A DNA stretch of 64,000 bases from Octopus vulgaris. Lineage: Eukaryota. Each line of letters opens with the position of its first letter. The first letter of the stretch is position 1. A program made the translations under genes and the position numbers. Positions 11,961-26,383 of this stretch are shown piece after piece. The stretch spans positions 47,740,001-47,804,000 of the forward strand of contig OX597824.1 of the NCBI GenBank assembly GCA_951406725.2. The letters run 5' to 3'. The notes under the pieces were generated by a model, which searched no databases, was not told where the DNA came from, and was given only the letters and a program-made list of their open reading frames with translations.

Positions 11961-14668
11961 TTTACCCATATTTGTAAGTACTCATTTTCCCTCTCCTTAT
12001 AGCTTATTCTTTTTCTCTCAACATACTTTTCGCCTCTGCTACCATGACCCATACTGCTTTACCTCAATGCTTATTTCTTCCTGCCTCTTTGTCTGGTCTG
12101 CTGACATTCCTAATTGAGTTATGATTTGCTTAGCATTAACTTTACCACCTGTAACATTTTGTTTCAGTTGGCTGATTTTAATTTTATTCTTTGCCCTACT
12201 CTCTTCTCACTGTCTCTTCTATTTTATCCTTCTTCCTTTCTTCTTATATTCTAGAAGTTCTTCCTCTTATCCTTGATTTTGTTCTGCTTCCTCTACCTGT
12301 AACTTTTTTTTTTTTTTTGCTAACACTACAACTATATGAATTGCATTTGCCAATCTTCTCTTGGTAAAGGAAGCCAGACATATTGTAATATCTTCATATG
12401 ACTGGTTACATACCTATGATTTTTTGCATATTTCATTTGCAAATCATGATTATTATCATTATTAGGTGACTTTTGGCTTCCTGAAACAGATGTCAAAATT
12501 ACAGCCATTATGAGATTACATATTTTATTCTATATTTTTTGAGCTCCATATAAATATATTTATATCAAGCCTGTGTTTATCTCCATTACTACCTCCATAT
12601 CAGGTCAATTTGGATTTTTCTTATAACCGCTGTATGCCTTGTCCTGGATGAAGACTTTGCAATATAAGTTCAAAACCTTTTGAGTACTACTATGTGTTTT
12701 CAATACTAAGCATGCACAGCTCTCACCTCCTGTCTGCATATATATATATATATATATATATGCTCATGTAGAGCACTTGTGAAATTAATAGTGACAGTTG
12801 TTTGTTTAGAAAACATCTTAGTGAGAAACTAAAAACTGCTCTGTCACCCTTCCTTCACTGTCATCTGAAAATTTTATATGGGAATGTTATATCTGGTGTA
12901 TAGTTTCATCAATATAGTAAAGAAGAATCTAGTTCATCTCATAGGAAATACTATGTAATTTATAGTGTTTTCTATTAATACTCGCTGACTGACATTTCTT
13001 CAATGGTCAGCTCTCTGGTCTGATTCAACAGTGAAGTTATGAGAAATGTTATAGTGGAATATGAAACTGCTGTCATGAACAAATTCTTTCTTACACACAC
13101 ACACACACATGCTAGTATATAGGTGCAAAACAAGTTGAAGAAAATAGCATTCAAATATCAAAGGTAGAGAAAAATATAGTATTATTCTATTGAAACCAAA
13201 AATCTTTACAAACTGCTACTTAGAGTTTCATGTAGCCAATCAAGAGAAAAGATCTTTTGAAGCAATAGGATGGTTTATACATACTTTTAAATGGTGCAAG
13301 TTATAATCAGTGGTATATACTCATAAAGACAGGAAGGCGTAGAATTTGATAAGATGGAGTACTCCACATTGATCTTCAGTTATGTGTCATTCTTTGTTAA
13401 TAACTGTTTCCTGTTGAAGTATTTCTTGGTATAGATATAAACTTTCTTTGTGACTAATTAACAGATGGCATATTCAATAGAATGTGAACTGATGCTGACT
13501 GATCCTGACTTAGTTGACACATGGTTAGAATGGTTTTTGCCTCCTCAAGAACAAAGAAATTGCATGATGGTCCAAAAGGGAGAACAGACACATATTTTAT
13601 ACTGAAAGCTGATATCACAACTATACTGAAGACATTGCTAATGGTTCATCTGAAAGAGCTGGGGGACATGTGCTTCAGCAAAATACATATGATTATAATG
13701 AAGAATATGTGGCTTACAAAGAAACTGGTCATTGCTGAACACAAGTGTCAAGAATTGTCTGAGCCCATTGCAAAGTTTTTGCGCCATGTTTGTAACAACT
13801 TGATATTGTGAGTTTGATAACATTGGCCAAAGTGACCAAAGTATAAAAGAAGAATTAATATAAATGAGACTATTGAAGGCATTTACCAAACTTTCCATAA
13901 ATCAAGACTACTGGAATAAGTACAGCTGAGAAACATGTCATTTGATACATGGGTGAACTCCATACAACAATAGATGATTTCTAAGATATCACTACCAATA
14001 ACAGCCCTTCTTGTTTCTTGAGATGGACAAGTATGTTACATGGCATGAAAACCACAAGTGCCATTTTCCAACATTCAATAAAAAAAATTTTTTTTAAATG
14101 GAAGCCTAGCTATATGGTTTCGGGTTCAGTCCCACTGCGTGGCACTTTGGGTAGGTGTCTTCCACTATAGCCCCGAGCCGACCGGAGCTTTGTGATTGAA
14201 TTCGGTAGGTGGAAGTTACTGCCGTGTGTGTATGTGTGCGTTTAGCTGCTCAGTGCCTCTCCGAAAGAGAGAGAGAGGGGGATATGCTCATCACAACAGA
14301 ATTGAGATCCTAAAACCAAGGAGCCTCATAAAAAGCATTGGTATAGGTATGGGTGCTGGTGCTATGTAAAAAGCACTGGTGTTAGTGCTATGTAAGAAGT
14401 ACCCTGTACACTATATGGAGTGGTTGGTATTTTGGAACAGCATCCAGCCATAGAAAGCGAACCAAAACAGACTATGGAACCTGGTGCAGTCCCTGGCCTT
14501 GCCAGTTCCTGTCAAACTGTTCAACCATGTCAGCATAGAAACTGATGTTAAATGTTGATGATATACATACATGTTGATGATATACATACATACATATATA
14601 TATATATAAAAACACACATATGTTTGTATGTATTTGTGCGTGTGTGTCTGTCTGTATGCATGTATGTA

Positions 14669-14712
<44 letters not shown>

Positions 14713-14716
<4 letters not shown>

Positions 14717-15973
14717 ATCATCCTATAAATAATGCAGTTTTTTTATACTTCTTTTATTTTTCAAAATTAAGATAAGGTTCTCTTGTCATCTAAAATATAC
14801 TCTCCTTCTCTTTCTATAATGCTCTTTCATCTATCTGGTTGACTTGCAAGCTCCCTCTTCCAAAATTCACTTGCCCGTTATGAAAAATACTCCTCTAGTA
14901 CTGTTCTGACCTCATATACAGAATTCCTGCTTTTTCTGTACAAATGATTTTGAAGACTGTGGAATAAATGATAATCAGATGGGGTAGTGTGTGGCAAATA
15001 TGGTGGGTGGGGCATTATTTCCCATTCAGAATGATCCAGCCTTTCGAATGTCATCCTAGCTGTATGTGGCCAAGCATTATCCTGATGGAAGAACACCGTT
15101 TGTCTTCAAACCAAAGATGGTCGTTTTCCTTCTAGTACTGACTAGAGCCATTCAGGCTGCTCACAGTAGATTTCCTTTGTTATCATTTGGTTTGGGTTTA
15201 AAAGTTCAAAGTGGAATAAACCTTTCATATCCCACCAAACAGATATCAACACCTTACATGGGTGAAGACCTTCTTTAGCTTGGGGTGCTGGTGTTTCTCC
15301 TTTCCCTACCTACTGTCTTCAGCACTTGACATTTTCATAGAGAACCCATATTTCATCACTAGTCACTGTTCAGTCCAAAAAAGGTCCATACATGAGACAT
15401 GACAGCAAAGAAAGCATACATTCACTCTGTACACGTAATTAGACTCAGAACGTTTGTAAGGAACCCATTGACCCAATTCGCTGACTTTTCCAATGGTACA
15501 CAGGTTGAATGACCAAATCCAAGCTTCTCTGCTAGTTCCTCAACAGTTACGATGGGATTTGGTCCACCAGGGTATTGCAGGATGTCCTCATTGAGCTCTA
15601 CAGATCTTCCAGAACAAGGCTCATCTTCTAGGCTGTAATTTCCAGCTCAGAATTTCAGGAACCATCCTTGACACTGGCTTATGCTTATTGTTTGATCCCC
15701 GTATACTGCATTAATATTCCTCACACTTTCCATCACATTGTTGCCTTTATTGAACTCATAAAGCAAAATGTGGTGAATATGCTCCTTTGCCAGCTTTGAA
15801 AAAATAACTGTTAAAATCGAACTGCACTCTTCAAAACTTTCACTAAGAATAAAGACAAGGTAAAATTACTACCTGCTTTTATAGTAAGTTGATGCAGATA
15901 GTTTATCCTATCCCCCTCTGACTTTTAGTTCATGCAACTGAAAAAAAAACGCATTATTTATGGGATGACCCTA
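14713..15973 (-). mobile_element. Full-length (about 1.26 kb) degenerate mariner with both TIRs, inserted in (TA)n
   Basis: Left TIR TAGGATCATCCTATAAATAATGCAGTTTT; right TIR reverse-complements to TAGGGTCATCCCATAAATAATGCGTTTT. Internal HQDNAWPH...HPPYLPHTTPSDYHLFHSLQNHL. Confidence 0.9.
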
Positions 15974-18900
15974 TATATATATATATATATATTTGCATGG
16001 TCAATTGCATCAAATTGACTATGATTTGTTTATAGTGATGAAATGTATGAGCTGTACATTAACTCACTCTCCCACCCACCCCACCCCATCAAATCCACTG
16101 CATACTTAACCCTGGAAGAGTGAAAAGCAGAGTTGACCTGGCCGTGATTTCTTAATTCAAAATTTAATCCAATGGTACAAAATATTTTATCTGATGCTCT
16201 ACTGAATTGCCCAACCACCATTCATTTATACAGTATTTATATTGTATAAATTTGTCACTATCAAGGCATGGCTGTGTGGTTAAGAAGTTGCTTCTCAACC
16301 ACATGATTTCAGGTTCAGTCCTGCTGTGTAGCACCTTGAGTGTCTTCTATAACCCCAGAATGTCCAAAATGAGTGGATTTGGGAGATGGAAACTGAAAGA
16401 AGCTTGTGTGTGTATGTGTGTGTGTTTCTGGATTTTAATGAACTAATGCTCACATCCTCCTCCTCCTTGTCATCACCACTATCATCATCATCAGCAGCAG
16501 TTTTCAAAGGGACAGAAGCTAAACTGGATTCCTGTAATGTTGGTTTAGATACAGTTTTGATTGACTCCATATATTCTACAGAAGAAGCTCCAGAACTTTC
16601 CATTTCAACACAAGATTTCTCTTTTTCTTTTCTTGATCATCAATGAGTTTAATGGTTTCTTTCTACCTATCTGAAGATAGTTTTTCACTTTTAATAGACA
16701 AGACACTAGCTATAAAGAAGGATTCTGTATACTGGTTAGTGTACAGGATTGGAGCTGTGAGGAGTTAGATTATGAACAATGTGTGCACCTGGTGTAAGTG
16801 ACACAATACCATCCAACTCTGCAATGCTGAGGTCAGTGTAGTGTCAGTAGAAAAAGCAGAGTGATGCAATATCACATTTGGGCTAGAGGTTGGCATGCGT
16901 TGCCAAGCAACTCTTTACAAATCTGTCTGGCAGCCTTTTTAACAATGTGGTGTAGGATGTCCAAAAGTATAGCAGTATAATCCTAGATATGAGAGCAGTT
17001 TTCTATTGTGGGTCTCATTTGAATTTATAAGAAAGTTAAAAACTGTTGGAAGTTGATGTATTTTCTGACCCTAAAGAGGAAGGCCAGTCTTTAGGATGTA
17101 ATTTTTGCTGTGTTGTGGATGTGGAACCACCAGAGTTGATCACTAGTGAGTGTGAAACCTTGTAGTTGTAATAACTTTGATTGTCCATAATGTCACTGAG
17201 TAGATGTGGTAAGATTCAAGCCAGTTTCTTTGTTGTGTACTTTATGCTGTTGAAAGTAACAAGATGGATTGGCTGCTCCATTGGAGAATGTTTGCATAGT
17301 TTTTGTTCATGGAAGCATTGCAGGTTTTTCATGAGGTGTCTTAAGTTGCATGTGAACAACACTTATGATATGCAAATATTAGGTAAGAGTGAAGGTGAAG
17401 TCATTTGAACTGAAGGTGATGGTAAGTAGATTGTTGTAGTAAAAAATGGAAAAGTTTGGAGATATAACTTAATTTCTCCAGATGGAGATATAACTTAATA
17501 TAACTTAACATACATACATACATATATAGATACATACGTACAAACATACATGCATGCATGCAGGGATATGTAAGGTTTTTGAAAACACTGGAATTTAATG
17601 GAGAACTAAGTTTTCAGCAAGTTTGTTAACAAAGATTATAACTCAACATAGATTTTGTGCATGATTCTCAAATGAGAATTTTATACAGGAGTGCCCCTCT
17701 TAAAACTGTACCTAGAATTGAGTTACTTGTTAGAGAGAACCAAATTCACTTATCTCATTGAAAATGTAACATTAAATTGAATGAAATTGACTGCTTTCTT
17801 ACAGAGCACTAAGTCACAACTTCTGAAGTGGGGAAGGAACAGTCATTACAATAATCCCTTACCATATCATGGTTCACCTATTGCGGTTTATTATTTAAGC
17901 TTACGTTGATTCCTCTGTAGTGTTGTTTTGCATTTATAATAAAATAAGTATGTACATATTAAAGGAATTACTGTTTATTGAATCCAGTACTTGACTGGCA
18001 CTTTATTTTATCACCCATAAACAGATGTGTTGCAGTACTTAGCATTTGAAACAATGTCAGCCCTGTAACAGGCAAAGACTACAACATATCAGGTGATGTT
18101 AACTTACATTTTAGCCAGTTGGTGTCCTGGTACATTTGTGGGAACATTAAGAGCAGTGGAAAATTCCATGCACTTTCACGCTGAATGATTGTAATAAATT
18201 GACATGCACATGAAGTACAAACCAGAGGTATTATTGGTCAACAGGTAGTCATGCTACCTTGAGCTCATGTTAAAAGACTGCCTTGCCCAGCATGAAGATT
18301 TACATTTTCTCCTCTTGCCAAACACACATTCTCATACACTAGCTACTGGCATTTGGCATAACAGCCTTTGGCGAGTAACCTTTGTAGTGTCGTTATCGAA
18401 ATAGATATAATTTGTCATCATCATCATTTAATGTCCATTTTCCATGCTGGCATGGGATGGACAGTTTCACAGGAGCTGGTCAGCTGAAGAGCTGCCCAGG
18501 CTGTTTTAGTATGGTTTCTATGGCTGGATATCCTTCCTAATGCCATCCACTTAACAGAGTATACTGGATGCCTTTATACAGCATTGGCATGGGTGCTTCT
18601 ACATTGCACCAACATGGATACTTTTTACATAGCATCAGTACCCATGAGTCTGCAAGATTAGAATCGCTCAGCTGTAGAAGGATATAGGGAACTTGCCTGT
18701 AAACATGGACAACCACAATTTTTCTTAGCTTGATATGTATTCTCAAGCACAGCAAACCGCCAGATGTCGCAGTCCGTTGTCATTATTCATTAAAATTAAA
18801 TATCGTTGATTGATTTTATGTGGGAAATGACATAGCTTGAACAAATTTTCAGCTCCCAGCTGACCATAGCAAGTTTGAACTTGTTAAATTAATAACAAAT

Positions 18901-19599
18901 AATACGTGTCTACTGCCTTTTCTATTGTATATAATTGTTTTACACTACGCACTGTTGTTTTACACTGCCAAACGTGACGAAGGGGCGTGCCGGAAAGAAA
19001 AGTTGAAAGGCCCTTGCGTTACACCACTTTCCAAAATTTCTTTTGACTACTGTCATATTGAGGACAATGATGGTGAAATTTGTAGTGCATGACTATAATT
19101 GTACCATCTTCTTCGAGAGTGATTTCAATGTACTGGTAAAGAGTATTAGATAGCAAAACATTATATGATTAGAAAATTGTGTTCTTTTTATGTGAATAAT
19201 AGAATTAAAAAATATATATATTACATCGACTAACAGTGTATTTCGCACTTTTGGAACGTAATTTGTTTTCCCTTTAGTTGAGAGGCTGCGTTAACACAAT
19301 CTTTCGGTAAAAAAAAAGAAAAGAAAAATATTTATTACTCTAAATGTTTAATTAGTATCAGTGTGCACGTTTCTAGGAAAAGTTGAATATAACTGTTGTT
19401 ATACTTTAAAAAACCAAAATATATTTGAACTAAATGAAGTGAAACAATATACCAATTGTTTAACATTCGAACAGGAATAAGCAATTGTATTTGAATAAAC
19501 AGCTTGTCAACAACTGAGAGACTGTTACGCCGGGTACCTGCTGGCAAAGTGGTCTAGGGTACCGTGTGAACGAAAGAGAGAAAACTTGAGTGACATTAG

Positions 19600-20127
<528 letters not shown>

Positions 20128-20920
20128 TAGAACGAAAACAATTTATAGATACTTTTGCAAAAATTTTGATTTACATTTAATATTTTGATTTACAAGCATT
20201 TAAGTGCATGGATGCCATCCATCATAACTTGTAAGACGATACAATCTATCACTGATATAATTAATATTTTAAAACATGCAATTGAAATTATAAAGATATT
20301 AACGGACATCTAGGAATTATTCGAATTTTAATAATGAAATTTCTATATATATTTTCCTGAATTATCTTTTTGTCAGTTATATTATACAGATTTATCATAC
20401 ACATCAACAGTATTAGAAGTCGAATAAAACCAAAATGTATTAAAATCTAAAAAACTTTTAATCTGTGTATTTAATATATCTAGATTGAGGATGTTTTTAT
20501 GTTTGCCAACTTTGAAGACAAACTGCTCTCCCTTTTACATTAATGTTATTTTTCTTTTTCGCCGTTTTTCCTAATTTGAAGATAATTTTCTCATTTTTTA
20601 TCCATAGTGTCACTTCTTTGTTACATCCTTTCTCTATATTGGTTACCTATTGAATTTCTCCCGTCCCATCGCAATTATTACTTTGGTCTTCTATGCCCTT
20701 TTTGGTAGTGCTCGCGCCGTATATAGGGTCAACCCACCTAACTGTCCCAAGGACAAATGCAGCTGGTTTGCATTCCAGACGATTACATTATTCCAGGACA
20801 GCACTCACACGGAAGTGGTTGCCTTATGTATACGAATCTATATTTGCCGAAAATGCCCTCCACCCCCTCTATTTTGTTTTAAAAAGTTTCTTTGGATTCG
20901 TGTGATGCGTCTAGCTATAT

Positions 20921-21067
20921 CAGTGGTTCCCAACCTGTGGTCCGTAAAGCTAGTACTGGGGGTCCGTGAACAAGTTAAGCTGACAAACCTTTCAATTTCC
21001 TGGGGTCCGTGGGAAAATTCATTTAAATAAAAGAGGTCCTTGGTAGTGAAAAGGTTGGGAACCTTTG
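20921..21067. mobile_element. hAT (Charlie-like) MITE
   Basis: TIRs CAGTGGTTCCCAACC / GGTTGGGAACCTTTG; 8-bp TSD AGCTATAT / AGCTATGT. Confidence 0.85.
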
Positions 21068-21083
21068 AGCTATGTAAATATAT

Positions 21084-21382
21084 GGATGCGCATGGCTTAG
21101 TGGTTGGGATGTTGCACTCACGATTGCGACATCGTAGTTTCGATTCCCACACCGAGCGTTGCGTTGTGTTCTTGAGCAAAGAACTTCATTTCTCGTTGCT
21201 TTGCGATCATTTCATCATTTGACATGTGGCACATGGTGCACCTGTACAGGTAACGTCGATATGATGGATGGAGTGAGCTTATTTGAACACAAAAATTTGA
21301 TCACTATAAACAAATCATCTGTGTGGTTGTTCAGCAAGAAATTGCCGAACCCTCATACATTGTCTAACGACAGGAGAGTCCA

Positions 21383-21385
<3 letters not shown>
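21084..21385 (+). mobile_element. tRNA-derived SINE, second family
   Basis: A box TGGCTTAGTGG, B box GTTTCGATTCC, core TGTGTTCTTGAGCAA shared with 38985-39295. Confidence 0.7.
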
Positions 21386-21426
<41 letters not shown>

Positions 21427-21652
21427 TTGGACTAATGGGTATATGTCGAGTAGTGTGTTGGTGTGTTGAGTAAAGCACTGGTATGGTTTGGGCTACCTGG
21501 TGTCATCCTCAATTGAGGTATATTTCAGTTGGATCTACTTCAGGAATTCCGAAGTGTTAGTTGAGATAATAATAATTAAGTAAACAGAAGATGGATTTGG
21601 TATTGGTCTTTCTTTTTTACGCAGATGGGTCGAAACGATCATCATACAAAAT

Positions 21653-22010
21653 AAACCACATGGTTCCAGGTTTAGTTCCACTGCGTGGCAACTCGGACGA
21701 GTGTCTTCTATTATAGCCTCGGGTCAACCAAAGCCTTGTGAGTGTATTTGGTGAACGGAAACTGAAAGAAGCCTGTCGTATATGTATATATATGTGTGTG
21801 TGTATGTGTTTGTGTTTGTCCCCTGCATCACTGCTTGACAACCAGTGTTGGTGTGTTTACATCACCATAACTTAGCTGTTCGGCAAAAGAGACCAGTAGA
21901 ATAAGTACTAGACTTAAGAAATAAGTCCTGGTGTCGATTTGTTTGACTAAAACCCTTCAAGGTGATGCTTTAGCATGGCCGGAGTTAAATGATTGAAGCA
22001 AGTAAGAGAA
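21653..22010 (+). mobile_element. tRNA-derived SINE
   Basis: Same family as the 9780 and 10970 copies. Confidence 0.8.
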
Positions 22011-22409
22011 TATATGTACACACACAAGGTCTTCAAACATTTGTTGTTTTGGGGCATATGGATATATATATTTATATATAAAGCAACAAATATATGAAGA
22101 ACCTCAAAATAAATGACATTTTTTGTTCAAGTCACTCTTTGTTCCATGTCTTGATTGTCATCTCTGTTAAATGTATGAACATTGACATTATTGAGATACT
22201 TGTGTAAGCGCTGGTTGCTTCAGGAATATTTTGATTTTGTCAAATTGAATCCTTTATAATGTGATGAGTGTTGGTATCACTAGGATTCAGTGAGATTCTA
22301 GGAATGAGCATACTGTCACCTCTGTGTGAACCAGTGATTAAAGATGCCTCAACACAGTTTTCATGGAGTTGTAGTACTTTCAAATATGTGCACTATATAT
22401 ATATGTATG

Positions 22410-22442
<33 letters not shown>

Positions 22443-22446
<4 letters not shown>

Positions 22447-22607
22447 CAATAAGAAAATGGAGGGGATCAATAGGTGGTTCATCAACTTTTAGGCATTGTA
22501 TTATGTCAATTTATTTATTTATTTACTAAAATGACAATTACAAGAATATGCATACATGTACAACATAAAAGTTGATGAACCACCTATTGATCCCCCCTTA
22601 TTGCTCT
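22443..22607. repeat. Short inverted-repeat element (MITE-like)
   Basis: GGGGATCAATAGGTGGTTCATCAACTTTTA (22462-22491) has a perfect reverse complement at 22566-22595; outer arms AGAGCAATAAG / CTTATTGCTCT. Confidence 0.75.
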
Positions 22608-23700
22608 ATAAATTAATGGTAAAATATCTCTTTACCCCCACCCATTTAGTACACTCTGTAATGTAATTTCAATGCAATAAAAACACTTGGGTATTCTACC
22701 AGCAGTATATTGGATAGATATGATAGATATTATCCCTTAGTTGGTTGGATTCACAACCTCTAACTTTCTTGGAATATATATATATATATATATATAATAA
22801 GACCTGTTTTCTGAAATTCTTTGACATGTGCATGTGTCACAGTTACACACAAAATGTCTTTCATTAATGTCTCCCATTAATTCATTAAGTTGAGCTTTGT
22901 AGACATGTGGCACTAATCTGATCTGTTTTAGTAAATTCTGTGGAGCTAAGATTGTTGGTGACTTGGTTGCACATATATGTTAAAAACTATTAGGTTTCTC
23001 ATTATTGCAAGTAATGGCCATGGTATCTTGATAGAATTGCTGCATATTTCTAAATATATGAACACATAATCTTCAGATTGGATACCATTCAAGTTAATTT
23101 GTTGTTAAAAGGAGGTAGGAATAATTACCTTAACTCTCTTAATATACAAGCAGAGAGGTATAAAGTCAGAAGTGATGGACTATCAAGTGGACTGTCAGGT
23201 TCAGATGCATGCTGGAAAAAAAATTCTTCATGTTTTTGCATAACTTTGAATTATTACATCCTTCACTGATCTTTAAGTAATTAAATCTGTAATCAATTTT
23301 CAATCAAATTCATTACCCCATAACATGCTAACAGATCCTTGCGGGATTACTACAGCTTATAGTATTGCTTTACATCAGCTATCTATTATATATGACTATT
23401 GTTCATCTACACTTACAGTTTGCATCTCCAGTCTGAAATCCCTCACTTCCTAGGATATCCATCTAGTGAAAGCTGTCTAGAGGCATACAGCTAGATGAAT
23501 ATCTTCCATCTTTGCTTACCATATCCTAAATGTGTTGCTTCTCTGGGTGTGTCTGGATATCAACACACAAAGGCTTTGACATTTAGCAGCAGCTGCTGAA
23601 TCGTTAGAAGCCTTTGAGATTATCTGCCATCTTTCCAACAGCAACTTTGGTCATCATTTTTAATTCAATATCTCTACCTCTTATCGACACATTTATAAAA

Positions 23701-24060
23701 TATTTTAAAAAATCCCAGCTTAGCACATAACTTTCAGAAATATTTTTTAATGCCTTGTATTGTTAAAGCATGGAATAAACTACCTATGTTAGTTGTTTTC
23801 TGTCAGGACACTGCATCCTTCAAAAATATTATGGTTCTTGAAATTCATCAAAATTATTCCTGATGTGTCTATGCACCTTTTTTCTGTTTGTGATTCTTTT
23901 ACTGTACACTTTTGTCTTTTGTGTATAATTCTGTGTACTATTGCATGCAATTTTAGCTTTTATTGCAGTCTTTCTTTACTTATTGCTACCCTCTGTCCCC
24001 TCTTTTACCCTGCTCTGATGAGTTATAGTGCACCTGAGCTCTATATAATAAACCCATTAT
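23701..24060 (+). repeat. CR1-like LINE 3' end; copy A of a 360-bp inverted duplication
   Basis: IVKAWNKLP remnant, AATAAA followed by an (ATT)n tail. Reverse complement at 29357-29716. Confidence 0.85.
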
Positions 24061-24159
24061 TATTATATTGATCCCAAGTACCAGTTGAGCACTGGGGTCA
24101 ATGTAATCAACTTAACCTTTCCCCAAAATTGCTGGCCTTGTACCAAAATTTGAGACCAT

Positions 24160-24810
24160 TATTATTTTTATCATCATCATCTTCATTTGTTTTATCTTAG
24201 GTTTTGTTGTAGCTCCTGGAGTCTTGCATGTGTAGTGGGCTTGCTATCTGTAGCCTGTAGTACCATGCTCTCTGTTCTTTTCAACTATTTAATACTTTCC
24301 TGATCATTCTGGCCATGCCAAGGAGGCAAACTTTTTGTAACAGTTCTACTGGGCACTCTATTCCGATTTCCTTTATATTGTTATTATCATCATCATCATC
24401 ATTATTATTTTGGTTTGGCTCACTTTGGTCTTATTCTTGGTAGAATTTATGTGGGATACTACCTGTAACCTTAGGTATCCACAAGTTTTCAACAGTCTAA
24501 GAACCCTCCTGATAATCCTTGCTGTCCCTAAGAAACAAGCTTTCTGTAGGAGCGCCACTGAGCATTCTATTTCAATCTCCTTCAGCCATTTGTCTATATC
24601 TTTGCTTACTGTTCCCAATGCACCAATTATTACAGGTGCAACCTTTACTGTCTGCATGCTCCAAATTCTTCCTATTTCAAATTTTAAGGAATTTTTTTTT
24701 TGTTTTTCTTCCTCTTTCTTTACGATCCTGGAATCAAATAGGTATGATGGGTTAATAAGTAAGCATCTTTGCTTTTCCTTATCTATAATCATTAAATCTG
24801 GTCTTATTAT
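24160..24810 (-). mobile_element. Two tandem 3' fragments of an R4/Dong-clade LINE (restriction-like endonuclease)
   Basis: RPDLMIIDKEKQRCLLI...KKEEEKQKK...PVIIGALGTV...LLQKACFLGTARIIRRVL. A second shorter copy reads ELLQKVCLLGMARMIRKVL. Each ends in a (TAA/TGA)n tract. Confidence 0.82.
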
Positions 24811-24853
24811 TATATATGTTAGTGTGTTAACTAAAATTTTCTGATTCAACTGA

Positions 24854-25054
<201 letters not shown>

Positions 25055-25252
25055 TAGTTTTCTCTTTAACAGTATTAAAACATGAACCATGCTTCCTAAG
25101 TTCAAAGTACAAATGTAAAGTTACAGTAATGTGTACATAGAAAAAATGTGAAATGAAAATAAAGTTGGTGAATCACTATACCAATTTCACATGGTGGCAA
25201 TTATATGTGAAACAAGATATTATACGTTTCTTTTATATTTTCTGTTGACCGT

Positions 25253-25694
25253 TCTAAAAGCATACAAAATTAGATTAAATATGGAAGGACCATCGAGCAT
25301 CATCGTTACCAGCGTCGCCTTACTGGCACGTGAAAAAACATTCGAGTGAGGTCATTGCCAGTGCCGCTGGACTGGCTCCTGTGCAGGTGACATGTAAAAA
25401 ATACCATTTGAGCCTGGCCGTTGCCAGTACTACCTGACTGGCCCTCGTGCTGGTGGCACGTAAAAGCACCCACTACACTCTCAGAGTGGTTGGTGTTAGG
25501 AAGGGCATCCAGCTGTAGAAACTCTGCCAGATCAGATTGGAACCTGGTGCAGCCATCTGGTTCGCCAGTCCTCAGTCAAATCGTCCAACTCATGCTAGCA
25601 TGGAAAGCGGACGCTCATCATTTGCATAAGAGTTAGCTTACTAAATATTGCGTTCACCAATCTGGGGGAAAACCAATCATATATATGTAATATT
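25253..25694 (+). repeat. Direct local duplication copy 1 (RTE 3' fragment plus unique flanks)
   Basis: Near-identical to 27979-28436, including non-repeat flanks on both sides. Confidence 0.88.
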
Positions 25695-26383
25695 CAGAGT
25701 TGAAAAACTTCTATTTACCGAGATACTGGAGTCGATTCATTTAACTAAAAATTCACCAAGGCGGTGCCCCAGCATGGCCACAATCTAATGACTGGAACAA
25801 ATAAAAGATGCATTTTAGAAGAGAAATGTTTCCTCTACGAGTGTTTAAAAAGGAAAAAAGGTGGGGCGGGGGAGAGACCCAACAAGGGAGGTAACTCTAT
25901 CAACTACTTCTCCATTAGCCCTACTGGTCATATTTTATTTTAATGCTAACATGGGTTTGAATGGACATGGGGTTTATTTGAGGCAGAATTTTACGGCTGG
26001 TTGCTCTTCGTGATTATTTTCCCAATAGGTCTATGAAAGCGTAGAGACCAGTCATAAGGTCAACGAGGAATATATATATATATATATAATTTCAACAATT
26101 GAGGGTAAAATTAATTAATTATTAATTAATTTCACCAAGTGTTCAGTATGCAAAGGGACCATTTAAGGCGAATTCAAATTATTACAATATATAAAAGGGC
26201 TTAGTAAAATAAATTACTTTGCCGCATACTGAACTCATTAGAAATAGCAGCTAAAAAACTTTTTTAAAAACCATTTCTAATACTTAAAGAAAATCTCACT
26301 CGAATAGTGTTTGGTCAACTCAACTCACGAAAGTTTGGGGGGTTTTATATATATATATATATATATACATACATACATACATA

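Noticed and set aside
13300-14060. ORFs 13521(+) and 13638(-)
   Set aside because: No recognisable domain; likely a decayed repeat that I cannot classify.
16295-16646. Acidic ORF MESSGASS...DDDDSGDDKEEED
   Set aside because: The acidic run comes from a (GAT)/(GAG) microsatellite and the frame runs into a SINE; probably the tail of a decayed retroelement. No convincing exon context.
18960-19020. GC-box/CCGGAA motif cluster about 620 bp upstream of the SLC35E3 ATG
   Set aside because: Short motifs alone cannot establish a promoter without TSS data.
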